Counted from the stretch's first letter, positions 40,871 to 51,211 are shown. The stretch is 64,000 bases of DNA from Faecalimonas sp. (GCA_045659485.1 JAZOWZ010000067.1:3248-67247), one strand, 5' to 3'. Translations and numbers: made by a program. Notes: generated by a model from the sequence alone, not told the origin.

Positions 40871-40885
40871 GACCTATTTTACACA

Positions 40886-41791
40886 TCAGTTTCTAAATTC
40901 GTTTAGTATATCCATGTTGAACTTTGACAAAATTCTATCTAAATGATTTTCCGTATATCCGAATAGGAATGAATCCAATTCTTCATTGCTCAAGCCGAAC
41001 ACCTCTTTTAATTGCTTTTGGTATATACTGTCATACGCTTTTGCTTTTATAATTATTTCTTGAACGTTTTGTTTTAAATGCTTATATCTATTTTCCAAAT
41101 CTAATAATTCTATCTCAATCTCATCTTCTCTTTTAAGTTGGTCCCTATCAATCACTATATTAAAGTTTTGCGATTTGCCTCGCAAATAATCCAAATCAAA
41201 CTTTTCGTCAAACTCTGTTTTGAATTTTATGCTACTCTTTATCTCATAATTGTATGGACTAATTATATCGCTTTTTTGAGATGATTTTAATTGATTACAA
41301 ACCTTGCAGACAGGAATCAAATTATATAAACAAACAGAAAGTTCTGGATAAGTACTTTTATCATAGAAATGGTCTAAATCACCCCAAAATCTAATCTTTC
41401 CTGTTTTCTCATATACTACATTTAAATGATTTTGATTACAATATGGACAAACGTACATTTCTAAAACATTAACAATTTTCGCCGCTTGTGAATCTCTATA
41501 ATTTATATATCTTGCTATTAAATAGTCTTTTGTATCGGACTTTATATTCTCATTTCTACCTCGCATCTTATCAATAGATATTTTAATTCCGGCCAATTTT
41601 GTATGATTCGCCAAGAAAAATTTCTTCAATGCACTATGTAAATCCGTTTCACCTTGCATAACTAACTTTTTCATATTATCATCTTTTTCAATAACAGATA
41701 TTAAATTATTCAGATGGTATTTTTTCATCCAATCCCAATAGATTTTCTCAATTTTAGTTTTTTGCGTTTCCGACATAAGAATTCTAATCAT
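40886..41791 (-). CDS. HNH endonuclease (Septu PtuB-like)
   Basis: CPYCN...DLDHFYDK..YP...NLIPVCKVCNQLK; overlaps the ATPase stop codon. Confidence 0.8.
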   Translation of the reverse strand: MIRILMSETQKTKIEKIYWDWMKKYHLNNLISVIEKDDNMKKLVMQGETDLHSALKKFFLANHTKLAGIKISIDKMRGRNENIKSDTKDYLIARYINYRDSQAAKIVNVLEMYVCPYCNQNHLNVVYEKTGKIRFWGDLDHFYDKSTYPELSVCLYNLIPVCKVCNQLKSSQKSDIISPYNYEIKSSIKFKTEFDEKFDLDYLRGKSQNFNIVIDRDQLKREDEIEIELLDLENRYKHLKQNVQEIIIKAKAYDSIYQKQLKEVFGLSNEELDSFLFGYTENHLDRILSKFNMDILNEFRN

Positions 41792-43829
41792 TTTCTTCTA
41801 ATATCATCCTTATCTTTTCAATCTTTTGCTCATCAGTAATATTCATTATTTGTTCAATCATCTTAGATTTTGAATCATCACGTTTTTTATACAATAGTAA
41901 AAGTTTATTTTTTAAAGTTTTCTCTCCGATTCTATCGATTACTTTTTTTATCTTTTCCAATTGGTCATTTGTAATTTCTTCGATATCATTCAACTGTTCT
42001 GTTACTTTTTTTATCTGCTTGTATGAGTATTCACCAAATGTATTTTCTAACATAAATGAATCCATAAGCAAATAATAAATATTAGTAGCATATGTTTCCT
42101 TATTATTTTGAATCACTCTAATGCCATCATTTTGTTCTATAGAATATACGTTTTCCGGTAAAATATCAGTAACAATAAATGGGGAGTGACTTGATAAGAC
42201 AATTTGTATGGTTCTATCTTTACATTTAGTAATATTATCTATTAGTGTATCTAGAAATTTCCTTGCCAATTCCGGGTGCAATGCCCTATCTGGTTCGTCA
42301 ATTAATAACACCAAACTATCTCCTGGATTTATTGTATAAATAGCACTTACACATTTTGAGATAATATCCAAAAACACCCTCTGTCCTTCTGACATTTTTG
42401 ATAAACTAACATTCAAAATTCTAAAGACATTATTACTTCCATTATCTTCGTTTCTCATTTTGTAATAAATATCATACCATTTCAATAATTCCACTACTTC
42501 TTCATTAGGCTTCTCCAAATCGCACGTAACCTTAATAGTTTTTTTGCTAACGAAGTAATCTTCTGGTAATTTCTCAAGTAATGCTGCTATATTCAAAACG
42601 GCTTCTCCATCACAAATATTCACATATTCGCTCGCAGCCACCTCAACTCTGTTTAATACATACTCTAGAACATTTTTTAAATTAAAAGTTCCATCAGAAT
42701 TTTGATTTTTCCCTATTTGATATAACAATCTCCTGTATTCCTCTTGAAAGTTCGCGATATCTTGTAATCCCTCGTTCGATTCATGTCTTTCTTTTGTTAT
42801 TGTGCCCAAAACCAATTCATTAAATGATATCGGAATATTTATATCTATCTTTAACCCTTTATTTTCGCTCCAACCTACTAAATGCTCCAAAAAATAATAT
42901 TCTATTGCTTGAGCATAAAAAGTATATAAAAATATCTCTTTGGAACCTCTAGTGTCATCTGCTTCTTTCACACCTAATAGTTGCTCTTTCATTTCACTTT
43001 CAATTCTGCTTTTTAGATTAAATAGTTTGTCCATCTCCTTTTTTCTGTCTTGTAGATAATTTGCAATTTTCTCATCCCTATCATATCTATTGAAATCAAT
43101 TTGAATACTATTTTGAATATAGATATCCTTTTCTTCTAATAGACCATTATCCATTTCTTTTAAGTAAATAAAATACTTATATAGATATTCATAACTTTTC
43201 TCTTCCAAATAGTATTTTCTTTCAAACATATAATCTTCATAATATTTTCTATGATTACCATTGATTCTATAGTTATATTTATCCGAAGTAATATATGCAT
43301 ATTCTAATTTCTTAGTAATACCATTCCGTTCTCTCCATTGAGGTATTATATTACCACAATATAGAAATACGCCTTTTTCCAACCTGAAAATTGTTCCCAT
43401 GGGCAATTTATATAAAGCACCATCCACTTTATTTCCCCGCATATCAATATTCTGAATTTTCGCTTCTCCCTTTAGAAAACTTTCATCTACAAATTCAAAT
43501 GCATAATACTCATCATACAAATGATATAACATGAAATATGAGTGTTTTATTTTACGTTCCCGATTTCCCCGCGTATAAGTGTCATCGCTTCTGTCGTCTC
43601 TCCTCATTCCTAATATATCAAGCAATGTAGATTTTCCCACTCCATTTTGCCCCAGAAACATGACTACATTATTTATGTTCGCTCCATAATAATGTTTTAT
43701 TGCAGTTTTATTTTCTTCAACTAGCAAGTTCCCCTCTTTAAAGGTAACCAGATGATTTGAGGAAAAATTAAATTCTTGTTCTTTAAAAAGATTTCCGTAT
43801 TTCCTAATGTATAAATATATCAATTCCAT
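41784..43829 (-). CDS. ABC-type (AAA_15/AAA_21) ATPase, Septu PtuA-like
   Basis: GQNGVGKST Walker A, MSEGQ signature, LLIDEPD-ALHP, SSHSPF, FGEY. Confidence 0.8.
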   Translation of the reverse strand: MELIYLYIRKYGNLFKEQEFNFSSNHLVTFKEGNLLVEENKTAIKHYYGANINNVVMFLGQNGVGKSTLLDILGMRRDDRSDDTYTRGNRERKIKHSYFMLYHLYDEYYAFEFVDESFLKGEAKIQNIDMRGNKVDGALYKLPMGTIFRLEKGVFLYCGNIIPQWRERNGITKKLEYAYITSDKYNYRINGNHRKYYEDYMFERKYYLEEKSYEYLYKYFIYLKEMDNGLLEEKDIYIQNSIQIDFNRYDRDEKIANYLQDRKKEMDKLFNLKSRIESEMKEQLLGVKEADDTRGSKEIFLYTFYAQAIEYYFLEHLVGWSENKGLKIDINIPISFNELVLGTITKERHESNEGLQDIANFQEEYRRLLYQIGKNQNSDGTFNLKNVLEYVLNRVEVAASEYVNICDGEAVLNIAALLEKLPEDYFVSKKTIKVTCDLEKPNEEVVELLKWYDIYYKMRNEDNGSNNVFRILNVSLSKMSEGQRVFLDIISKCVSAIYTINPGDSLVLLIDEPDRALHPELARKFLDTLIDNITKCKDRTIQIVLSSHSPFIVTDILPENVYSIEQNDGIRVIQNNKETYATNIYYLLMDSFMLENTFGEYSYKQIKKVTEQLNDIEEITNDQLEKIKKVIDRIGEKTLKNKLLLLYKKRDDSKSKMIEQIMNITDEQKIEKIRMILEEND

Positions 43830-43979
43830 ATTAATACCTAGACCTTTCGTATCTTGTGCTTAAATGTTTCTCTTACAGCATACAACTTCCTTATTAATCG
43901 GAACTTTCTTTATGCCCTTTTCGATTAGATGGAACCATCTTTCATTGTATTAACATATTAACCACACACTTTCTTATGT

Positions 43980-44012
43980 GCCACAAATCGCAATTTTTTT
44001 TGAATTTGTGGC
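43980..44012. repeat. 33-bp palindrome GCCACAAAT-N15-ATTTGTGGC, copy at the 3' end of the DUF4143 ATPase gene
   Basis: Seen directly; arms and spacer length match 45272-45304. Confidence 0.85.
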
Positions 44013-45236
44013 TTATGTTAATATAATTTCTTTCTTTCCTAACAAGAAATCAACTATATTTATGTGCTTAATTCCATCTCTTGAATAATCAAAATGGTCC
44101 AGTGTCAACACATATTTAGGCGAAGCATCACTAATTGGACTAAATGCTCCAAACTCTCTTTCGATTGTCTGTGGTCCTTGAAGATAATACGCCACTTGAA
44201 TAAAACACTTTGTTCTTCCGTCTATCACTACAAAATCAACTTCCCCTTTATATGTTTTACCTGTAAAAACTTCGTATCCTCTTGAAATCAATTCATTATA
44301 AATAATATTTTCAAGGAAGAATGTATCTTCAAAATTCACTAAATTTGTATTGAGCATACGGAAACCAGTATCTACGGCATATTGCTTTTCAATATAGGTC
44401 ATAGACTGTTTTCCGACAATGTTGAACCTTTTGACACGCTTAATCAGGCATGCCTTATCCATTTTGTCTAAGTAGCGGTATATCATCTTTTTATCAATAT
44501 TTTCATTATTGTAATTCTCGAAAAATGTTTCAATATTTTTGCTTGAGAATTCCTTTCCCGCATTTGCCATAATATATCCGGCAACTTTGACAAACTTTTC
44601 TTTATTTATTTTTGAACGGTCAGTAACAATATCTTTTTCAATGATACCATTGTATGTCTGTTCCAAATATGTCTTAATTTCTTTTTCCTTTGCGAATGAA
44701 AATCTGAGTGGGAATCCGCCCCAATTTATATAATCAAATATAAACTCATCCGGTGTAATGTTTCTCCCTAACATAATGTTATATTCGTATGCTTCTTGGA
44801 AAGAGAATGGCATAATTCTGAATTCCACACATCTTCCAACAAGTAGTGTTGCCATTTTCCCAGATAATAGTTTGGAATTACTTCCAGTAACAAATATAGA
44901 ACAATTTAACGTGGCTCTAAAAGAAGCCAGTACTTTTTCAAAACTACGAACATGTTGTATTTCATCTAGGAAAATATAGTATGTTCCATCATCTTTGATT
45001 TTTGAAAGCACATATTTGTTTAGTTTTTCACAAGTTCGGATTTTTTCAAACTCTATGTTTTCGAAATTCACTTTAATAATATGGTCGTCTGTTATTCCCT
45101 TTTCTTTAAATTCATCTTCTATTTGATTTAATAATATTGATTTACCACAACGTCTTACGCCAGTTAATACCTTTATCAAATCCACCTCGTAAAAAGGACG
45201 AATCTTCTCCAAATATCGCTCTCGTTTAATAAACAT
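44013..45236 (-). CDS. AAA_14 + DUF4143 ATP-binding protein
   Basis: GVRRCGKS, FLDEIQ, TGSNS, L-GR, GGFP, ENIIYNEL...GEVDF...IQV (PD-(D/E)xK-like C-terminus). Confidence 0.88.
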   Translation of the reverse strand: MFIKRERYLEKIRPFYEVDLIKVLTGVRRCGKSILLNQIEDEFKEKGITDDHIIKVNFENIEFEKIRTCEKLNKYVLSKIKDDGTYYIFLDEIQHVRSFEKVLASFRATLNCSIFVTGSNSKLLSGKMATLLVGRCVEFRIMPFSFQEAYEYNIMLGRNITPDEFIFDYINWGGFPLRFSFAKEKEIKTYLEQTYNGIIEKDIVTDRSKINKEKFVKVAGYIMANAGKEFSSKNIETFFENYNNENIDKKMIYRYLDKMDKACLIKRVKRFNIVGKQSMTYIEKQYAVDTGFRMLNTNLVNFEDTFFLENIIYNELISRGYEVFTGKTYKGEVDFVVIDGRTKCFIQVAYYLQGPQTIEREFGAFSPISDASPKYVLTLDHFDYSRDGIKHINIVDFLLGKKEIILT

Positions 45237-45271
45237 AACATGTCCTCCTCTTTATTTTATATCAATATTAT

Positions 45272-45304
45272 GCCACAAATTTAAAATTTTTCAAGATTTG
45301 TGGC
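45272..45304. promoter_or_regulatory. 33-bp palindrome GCCACAAAT-N15-ATTTGTGGC overlapping the DUF4143 ATPase promoter
   Basis: Overlaps minus-strand TTGAAA-16-CATAAT, which has an extended TG. Confidence 0.75.
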
Positions 45305-45445
45305 ACATAAATCGCTTTTTTGTGTGCTTTTCAATAAAACAAGTATTTATTACTGCCCTAGGAAGAACAAATTTCATCCTCACAAATAGAAATAGCCTGA
45401 AACTAATTCATTTCAGGCTATCACTCCATTTTCATTTTTCAATGG

Positions 45446-48400
45446 TTATTCTGCCGTTGGCTCATGCGATTCCAAGTCACCAACAACTTGACCATCTTCA
45501 TAATAATAGAAACCACTCCAGCGACTCCATTCCTGATTAAGATTTCCCATAAAATATTGCTTTTCTCCTGTGCAATCCCAACACAGCATTACATCTTTTC
45601 CCTCCAAATATTTTTCAAGATAATCTTTACGGATAAGCAATCCATTATACACACCAGCCAAGTTTCCATCAAAGCAAACCAATGTCCCATCTTCCGAACA
45701 GAAATATCCATCTGCTTGCTTTTGCTCTAACCTCAAGTGTTCAATTATATCCTTGCAAGGAATATCAAGACGTGTCGCTTCATCTTGCGAAGCATCATAC
45801 TGTTCTTCCCATAGAACACGTGAATATGCTGGCATAATTTGAACTTGAATCACATCCTCCGGAACACGTTTCTCAATTTCTTGCTCTCTAAATGGAATAC
45901 TTATTTCTCCATCCTCACCATACACGAGATTTTGAAAATCTGGCATTTCTACTTTTTCTTTCACTATCCGATATTGCTTTGTTTCAAGTTCACATTCTAC
46001 CCAAGCCTCTCCAAAAACACTTTGATATCCTGGTGACCAAGTATACTCCCGATTAAACAATTGATAAACATCTCTGCCACCCAGACAAGAATTCGTTAAA
46101 AAATTAATCTCTTTGTGTCGCTGCCTTAAAATTTCAAAACAGGATTTTGGAACAAAAAAGGATTGTCCCATTAACCACACAATCTGCTTTCCTTTTGGTA
46201 GACCAACCGAAAAATCATCTTCATCATGGAATTTGTTTTCAAGCCTGTCGCTTAGATTTAAAACAATCCACTCATTTCCATTCTCATCGCAAGGTGCCAA
46301 TTTTTCGGATAATGTGGCAAAAAACTTACTTCTTAAATGCTTCCATTTTTGAATATCGGCCATATTTAAAGTCGATTGTACATCCAGGAACTCATCCTCT
46401 GATAACGGATACTTAACTACCGGAATATCAATATCCTTAAAAGTATTTTGGTTGAGTGTTGGGTCAAAATCACGTACATACGGTTCCCATGTTCCTTCAT
46501 ACCGATAATCCTCATTTTCCCAGCCTTTGACTAAATATCTGTCTGATATTCTGGCCAAAATATTATACAACGCAATCCATTGATACTTTTTCCCGATTCG
46601 CTCTATTTTTTTTGTATCATGACGGTTATATCTATAATCAAGCGGAGAAGAATCATAAGCACCCAATAATTCATCAGAATATCCTAATTCATCACGAATA
46701 AACTGCATTGCATAATGATATAAATTAACAATATCCACCCCTACAAAATCTTCAATTGCCGATTGAAAGGTATATCTTCCAAAATCGCCATACAGCCCCG
46801 GACAGTCTGCGTGGTTAATTTGCATAGAATGTGCAATTCTATTAAAACCACTCTTTTGAACTCCCGATACATAATACTCTTGTCTCTCTACTTCCGGAAT
46901 ATCCAAAGAATTATATGGTGGAATTATTTTTGAATCATCAATAAAATCCCTTTCGTCTGAGTATTCGTATTTCCATCGCTCAAGAATCAGTCGTGCATAA
47001 TCTCGGAGCAAAATGTCCGGATACACATTTTCTTGGTCAAAGATATGTACATAGACATACTCTGCAAGTTCCTTATAAATATCTCGTTGCTCTTCTACAC
47101 GCTTAAGACATGCTCCCAAAACGCATCCGTATAAACGCTGTACTACATACGGGTCATTTACTCCTTCAAAATGTTGCAACAATGGCTTGCACAATGCAAA
47201 ATTACGTTTTAGTAATTCTATTATTGCCTTCGACACCTTATCACGCAAGAAACGATTGGACGATGTTAACAGCCAAGCAAATAAAATGAGTAAAAGTTCA
47301 GTGTTACTTTCCGAAAGCCCATCGAGAGTTTTACCGCTATCGAAATATGTGATAAGTTGGAATATACGTTCATCGTCACTAGACAAATTATTTATATACG
47401 TGGTCCACAATGCATCGCGGTATGCGAGTTCTTTATCTTTCAATATCTTATGTAAGAACAATGCATTTAGCGGATGCTGTTCCTTGGTACTATTTTCTAT
47501 AAGCACCGAAAACAAATTGTCTCGGTCTATGGGATATCGATTTATAAAACTTCTAAAGGTTTCTGAATCCACTGAAGAAGATTTTCTCCATACAAATGAT
47601 TCAAGATAGCGTCTCACAATGTCATTTTTATCAAATTTATCTGTAACATCAACCTCTATATCTTCAAAACATTCTTCATGATATTTTTCTGCATACAAAC
47701 CACAAACCACAATAAAAATATCGATATTGTGATAATTGGAAATGCAGCCATTTTCAATTTTCAGCAAATCGTTTTGTATATAAGAAATCAATTCTTCTTT
47801 CTGCGGATGATGCTTCAATATCGTTTTGGCACACACAAAGTCTTCTAATAGATTATAACCCAAGTAATATGTTTCTGTATGTTCTGCTGCCGTTGAAATA
47901 AGGAACCCTGAGCGAACCAAAGATGACACAAATGGAATTTTTGATGATGTCAAACCATATCTCTCCCAAAACTTTAATTCAAACAACTCCTCCTGCGTCA
48001 TTGTCAATGCTCCATGAGTGAGACGAAATCCTACCATCTCATCCACCAGCGAATTCAAAACAGAAATTGTCCCTTGCATTCCAACAGCCTTTTGTGCCTC
48101 ATCTTCTGCTTTCTCAATTACTTTCTCAAACAGTGTAAACATATCAAAGTCTGTACCCGTATAATTTTGACAAAACAAAGTGAGAAAAAGTGGATTTGTC
48201 ATCTCTGATTGTAGAAAATACGTTGGTGAGAAAGGTATTCCATAATGATTAAGAAATACCTGTGTTGCTACAATTGATGCTTCTCTGAAACCATTATGCA
48301 TTATACTTCCTATCGTTCCATTAGAAATGTCTCCAAGAATCGATTCATTAAACACCAGTTTCTCATATCCTGTTCTTACAGATAGCGCCAATTTTATATT

Positions 48401-49705
48401 CGGATATGCCTTCAGTTTAGACAATAGTCCTGATAATCCCACCTTCCATATTTCCTTATATATACTTTCATTAATTGCGTCTATAAAAATGTAAACAAAT
48501 CGCTTCTGTTGAATTCCCAATGCCTCCATTTTATGCAAGAACGCATCAATCGTAAGATTGAGGTCCAGAACTTCCATTATCTGTTTAGATAACGGACTAT
48601 TGGTTAAATAATTGGTTCCCAACATCAAAACAGCATACTGGCCATTGGAAACAATTCTCTCTGCAGAATTAGCAAATAACTGGGATTTCCCTACGCCGGC
48701 ATTTCCTTTTACCACCACAATTTGCTTTTGTATAAGCAAACATTCTTGCTCGTTTGGTGCCAGACATTGTGGTATATTCAATAAGTATTCTAATTTGTTG
48801 ATATCGGATAATATTTCGCTTGCTGATTTACTATTTCCTTCACTCATAGCATCCGAATATGCTTTCTTCTGTTCATCTAGCATCTTCTGAATATCGGCAA
48901 ACACATCTGCACATCTATTGTTAATACGCTCATGCCAAGAAACACATTCGCCAACATTTGTAATCGTAACATCCTCTATCTCTTCTATAGCACCCATAAT
49001 TGTCGCAATATGTTTTTTGTACTTCCTGTATTTCCAACGATTGAGTTCAACTTCTGCTACAACATCACATTTTCGTTTGTTAATTGCTTGAACAGCCTCC
49101 TCATTACACAAAAAGCAATTGAGTAATTCTTCTGTTCTTGTTGCAACATTAAACTCATCATTATATCTTGGTCCTAACGATTTTAGGTTGTTATCTAACT
49201 GTTCCGCAAACCATGTAAGTGGCAATGAAATTTGATTAAAATAGTACCATGCCATAGTTTCATTTTTCAGTACTTGTTCAAGGATAGTTTGATTAGTAAC
49301 CGGAATAAGTTGTATTCCTGCTTCCCCTAATATCTTTTCTATATTCTGATATGCAGCACTTGTAGTTGTAACATCTTTATTACAATACAAGTAGACCACA
49401 TCTAATTGGTCCGTATAATATTCTACTGTTTTTTGTGCTGAATGTTTAATCTGTTCATAATCCAGTGTACTTAAATACTTTGCCTGAAAACTTATACGCT
49501 TATTACTCTCAGGATGCATTTGTGGAACAACCTCAATACCTGGATTATTGGGATTGGAATGTAAAAGGACCTTTCCTTTAAAGAAATAATCATTAAAAAG
49601 CCATCTACACATATTCTCAAAGGCTGTTTGACAATTGTCATTGCATACCTCGAATTGCGACCAAGAAATGTCATAATCTTTATGTTGTTGTGTCATTTGT
49701 GCCAC
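45446..49705 (-). CDS. large STAND NTPase, AVAST type 2 (Avs2)-like, with N-terminal Mrr/PD-(D/E)xK-like nuclease
   Basis: FE-MC...GIE...FQAKY N-terminus; GNAGVGKS; IFIDAINE; NPLFL; RD-WT; VNDPYV-QRL; ERIGKKYQWIA; RDFDPT. Confidence 0.75.
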   Translation of the reverse strand: MAQMTQQHKDYDISWSQFEVCNDNCQTAFENMCRWLFNDYFFKGKVLLHSNPNNPGIEVVPQMHPESNKRISFQAKYLSTLDYEQIKHSAQKTVEYYTDQLDVVYLYCNKDVTTTSAAYQNIEKILGEAGIQLIPVTNQTILEQVLKNETMAWYYFNQISLPLTWFAEQLDNNLKSLGPRYNDEFNVATRTEELLNCFLCNEEAVQAINKRKCDVVAEVELNRWKYRKYKKHIATIMGAIEEIEDVTITNVGECVSWHERINNRCADVFADIQKMLDEQKKAYSDAMSEGNSKSASEILSDINKLEYLLNIPQCLAPNEQECLLIQKQIVVVKGNAGVGKSQLFANSAERIVSNGQYAVLMLGTNYLTNSPLSKQIMEVLDLNLTIDAFLHKMEALGIQQKRFVYIFIDAINESIYKEIWKVGLSGLLSKLKAYPNIKLALSVRTGYEKLVFNESILGDISNGTIGSIMHNGFREASIVATQVFLNHYGIPFSPTYFLQSEMTNPLFLTLFCQNYTGTDFDMFTLFEKVIEKAEDEAQKAVGMQGTISVLNSLVDEMVGFRLTHGALTMTQEELFELKFWERYGLTSSKIPFVSSLVRSGFLISTAAEHTETYYLGYNLLEDFVCAKTILKHHPQKEELISYIQNDLLKIENGCISNYHNIDIFIVVCGLYAEKYHEECFEDIEVDVTDKFDKNDIVRRYLESFVWRKSSSVDSETFRSFINRYPIDRDNLFSVLIENSTKEQHPLNALFLHKILKDKELAYRDALWTTYINNLSSDDERIFQLITYFDSGKTLDGLSESNTELLLILFAWLLTSSNRFLRDKVSKAIIELLKRNFALCKPLLQHFEGVNDPYVVQRLYGCVLGACLKRVEEQRDIYKELAEYVYVHIFDQENVYPDILLRDYARLILERWKYEYSDERDFIDDSKIIPPYNSLDIPEVERQEYYVSGVQKSGFNRIAHSMQINHADCPGLYGDFGRYTFQSAIEDFVGVDIVNLYHYAMQFIRDELGYSDELLGAYDSSPLDYRYNRHDTKKIERIGKKYQWIALYNILARISDRYLVKGWENEDYRYEGTWEPYVRDFDPTLNQNTFKDIDIPVVKYPLSEDEFLDVQSTLNMADIQKWKHLRSKFFATLSEKLAPCDENGNEWIVLNLSDRLENKFHDEDDFSVGLPKGKQIVWLMGQSFFVPKSCFEILRQRHKEINFLTNSCLGGRDVYQLFNREYTWSPGYQSVFGEAWVECELETKQYRIVKEKVEMPDFQNLVYGEDGEISIPFREQEIEKRVPEDVIQVQIMPAYSRVLWEEQYDASQDEATRLDIPCKDIIEHLRLEQKQADGYFCSEDGTLVCFDGNLAGVYNGLLIRKDYLEKYLEGKDVMLCWDCTGEKQYFMGNLNQEWSRWSGFYYYEDGQVVGDLESHEPTAE

Positions 49706-49788
49706 CTCTTATCTTTGTATAAATTTTGTTCCTTCTAGCAAATGCCATTTTGAATCTTCTACTAACAGTATATCAACTGTCAGTACCC

Positions 49789-50415
49789 TCAGCACCTATC
49801 GTGATACACTTTAACCGTAGCCAATTTGACTCTTTCTAACTTCTCTAACAATATTTTAAACTGTTCAATCCCACGTTCCCCATTACATAGCAATCCGGTA
49901 TAATCAACAGTAATTTGTTTCCCTTTCTTTTCGTCTTCCTTAGGTTTAAGTGTGATTTCCGGATACCGAAGAGACATATATAAATCATATGAATTCTCGA
50001 TGCCATTTGTCTGTTTGTATGTTTCGATAATGCCAATCTGATATTCATAAAATTCAATCAATGCTTGATATACTTCTGAATCTTCCTTGTAAGACATGGC
50101 AATATCTTTTAATAACTCCTCCACCCCATGGCTTCTTTGAATAGTTTTGCCTACAAGTAGTAGCAACCCCTTTGTCAAAAGTTCTGTACTCTGGAGACAG
50201 TTAAAAATTGCAGGAACAAATAGGTATAAGTCACTCTTTGATGCGTTCATCTCCATCTCTCGTTGCGCTTCTTCCAGTGTTTTTCCAAATCCCACATTCG
50301 AATTACCATTATTAATAAGGGTATTCAGTAGCAATTTTGCTGTTTCTACATATTGTTCGCCTAATCTAAAAAACCGTTTGGCTCGATTGTTATTTTCTGA
50401 TTTTTGTTTACACAT
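49789..50415 (-). CDS. HEPN-like domain protein
   Basis: FNCLQSTELLTKGLL...SH-VEEL...LRYP pattern resembles MNT-associated HEPN domains. Confidence 0.55.
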   Translation of the reverse strand: MCKQKSENNNRAKRFFRLGEQYVETAKLLLNTLINNGNSNVGFGKTLEEAQREMEMNASKSDLYLFVPAIFNCLQSTELLTKGLLLLVGKTIQRSHGVEELLKDIAMSYKEDSEVYQALIEFYEYQIGIIETYKQTNGIENSYDLYMSLRYPEITLKPKEDEKKGKQITVDYTGLLCNGERGIEQFKILLEKLERVKLATVKVYHDRC

Positions 50416-50430
50416 ATATGTCTCCTTTAT

Positions 50431-51078
50431 TCATGCATGTGATTTCCAAGCGTATTTTTCTTCATCAATTATGTGCATACCTTTTTGGATTGCTTCTATT
50501 TCCTCTATACATTTCTTTGTTGCTCTAACAATATATTCATCCGCCATTTCTTCAGTAAAGAAGAAGATTTCTCCATCATATGGTACACGAAAATCATTTT
50601 GTAAGTTCTTTGCTAATTGTTCTAAATCAAATGGATATATCTCCATTATTTTTTCAGTTTTCAGATTCTCCGAAATGTTAGTCTTTTCCGTAAGACCATA
50701 CTGTTTAATAACATATCTGTTTATCAAACCATAGTCCTTATGAAGCCTTTCTATATTTCCCTTTGGTACAGGGTCCCATTTATAATCGTCATATACAAAA
50801 TGTCGAAACAAAATATCCTGAACCAAATGTATATAATAACCTAAATATAGGCTGTCATTTTTCAGTTCATCCTGATATCTTTCACGAAAGTAAGATAGTC
50901 TATATGTATTCTGAGTATGATTGTTAATTTTTGTTTTAAGGTGACTCCCTGCCGTACTAATTCCATCTGCATATGCATCCGGTAGTATGCTTCCCACTTG
51001 AAACCGTTCAAAATCTCGAATCGGAATTCGTTTTGCTATTTCATTTGCTATTGCCAAATGCATGATTCTGGATGCCAT
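50431..51078 (-). CDS. zinc-dependent phospholipase C / HD-like hypothetical protein
   Basis: MASRIMHLAIA, GSILPD, SH, LGYYIHLVQD. Confidence 0.6.
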   Translation of the reverse strand: MASRIMHLAIANEIAKRIPIRDFERFQVGSILPDAYADGISTAGSHLKTKINNHTQNTYRLSYFRERYQDELKNDSLYLGYYIHLVQDILFRHFVYDDYKWDPVPKGNIERLHKDYGLINRYVIKQYGLTEKTNISENLKTEKIMEIYPFDLEQLAKNLQNDFRVPYDGEIFFFTEEMADEYIVRATKKCIEEIEAIQKGMHIIDEEKYAWKSHA

Positions 51079-51211
51079 TTTAATCTCCTCTTCTTACCTG
51101 TCTTCCTTAAATCGAATACAAGACGGAACTTTATCCGATTCAATTCTTCCTTTCCAACAAATATAAATCTTTCTTCGCTCATTATAACACTTTATCTATA
51201 TCTTGTTAATA

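Noticed and set aside
40886-43829. Retron-associated PtuAB system
   Set aside because: No reverse transcriptase (no YxDD-containing RT ORF) nearby; called Septu-like instead.
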